Shown here piece after piece: positions 63,137 through 64,000 of a DNA stretch of 64,000 nucleotides (position 1 is the first letter of the stretch; each line of letters begins with the position of its first letter). The translations under genes and the position numbers were made by a program. The notes beneath the pieces were generated by a model. It was not told the DNA's origin and did no database searches. It was given only the letters and a program-made list of their open reading frames with translations. The stretch comes from Pelomyxa schiedti (lineage: Eukaryota > Protista > Evosea), in NCBI GenBank assembly GCA_020536535.1, contig JAHLWZ010000821.1, forward strand, positions 48,036 to 112,035, read 5' to 3'.

Positions 63137-63699
63137 ATGAGAGAGTTACAGATTTTTTTAAAAAACAAATGAAACGAAACCACCCAAAGGAATTAAATTT
63201 TGTATTTTTTTTCCTTCCTACTTTTCCCCTTAAACTTCGGAGGGGATAGGCTCCGCTCCCTTGGGACAGTTTTTTGTAGGAGTGTTACAATCGTCATCAC
63301 CTCAGAGAGTTCCACAATCTCATCTCCCCAGAAATGTGGAAAGAGACTTTGCTGGGATCTGAGCCGATCTGCTCCTGGTGCAAAGGGGGAAAAAAAAAAA
63401 AAAAAGAGGCAAAGTCACTTTACAACTGTGTTTTAACAAAAAAACAAATAACCAACTGTGTTGCACTCTCCCGTGCCGGCTCCATAGGTGACGAAACGAC
63501 AACCACAGCCAACGCAACAGCTACCGCAACACCCAATTCTCTTGGCTGGGCTAGGCTCTGACTGTTATGACGATTGCGACTTGTGACTACGAGTACAAAC
63601 ACAGGCGCAACCGCGATCGCAATCGCAAACGCAACCGCAATCACAACCGAATAGCGGTCGCGAACCCGCACTTTTTAAAAAAATCTGTAACTCTCTCAT
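63137..63699. mobile_element. Candidate non-autonomous TIR element (563 bp) with perfect 28-bp terminal inverted repeats
   Basis: atgagagagttacagatttttttaaaaa (63137-63164) is the exact reverse complement of 63672-63699. No coding capacity. The only possible TSD is the outer AT. Confidence 0.6.
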
Positions 63700-64000
63700 G
63701 AGTTCCTTTGTCTGTTTTGGAGTTTGATAACCAAAAAAAAGCGGACCCCCCTCACTTATTGTTTTTCTTTCGATTCAAATTCCAACAAGGCTCCATATAA
63801 AGAAGTCCCAAGGGGGTCCAAACAGGGTAATAGGCTTAAGAGATCAAATTTAGAAGGTTAGATTGGACCATAGCCATATGATTAGACAATAGCATACTGG
63901 GCCACAGGGTCAGAGGGGGTAACCAACAGAGAGGACCTGACCCTTACCAACTACCATGAGACCCACGAAGATAGGAATACTGCCTCCCAGCAGCATCAGT

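Noticed and set aside
63700-64000. Possible coding fragment at the window end
   Set aside because: Interrupted by stops and cut by the window edge; nothing supportable.

Overview
Eukaryotic, gene-dense genomic DNA with many short (about 40-60 nt) GT-AG introns and the standard genetic code. The intronless lineage-expanded ORFs ('ARDQxxALALGAHPRCG' and 'WARDWVV...VSPTLG' types), a Roco protein, a ciliary TMEM17 and the intron style point to an amoebozoan, most likely the archamoeba Pelomyxa (inference). Recognisable genes: ARM-repeat protein, senataxin/Sen1, CLEC16A/TT9, a Rab GTPase, a Sel1-repeat protein, a DUF1152 protein, a PUB-domain protein, a Cys-rich membrane protein, DDX11/Chl1, TMEM17, a C2-UBZ protein, a short RPA1-like protein next to XPC/Rad4, a PAN/apple secreted protein, two tandem repeat-protein paralogues and a Roco protein with degenerate catalytic motifs. 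Also present are tRNA-Leu(CAA), tRNA-Glu(TTC), a decayed intron-bearing hAT transposase and several fold-back repeats. Best find: a 1005-bp 5'-truncated non-LTR retroelement (62108-63112) bounded by an exact 16-bp duplication covering -6 to +10 of tRNA-Glu, so the tRNA is left intact. Both tRNA genes share the same 5' flank (CGA..TTGTGAAA), which suggests a retrotransposon that targets tRNA 5' ends. Exon boundaries were read by eye, CDS spans include introns, and no searches were run.
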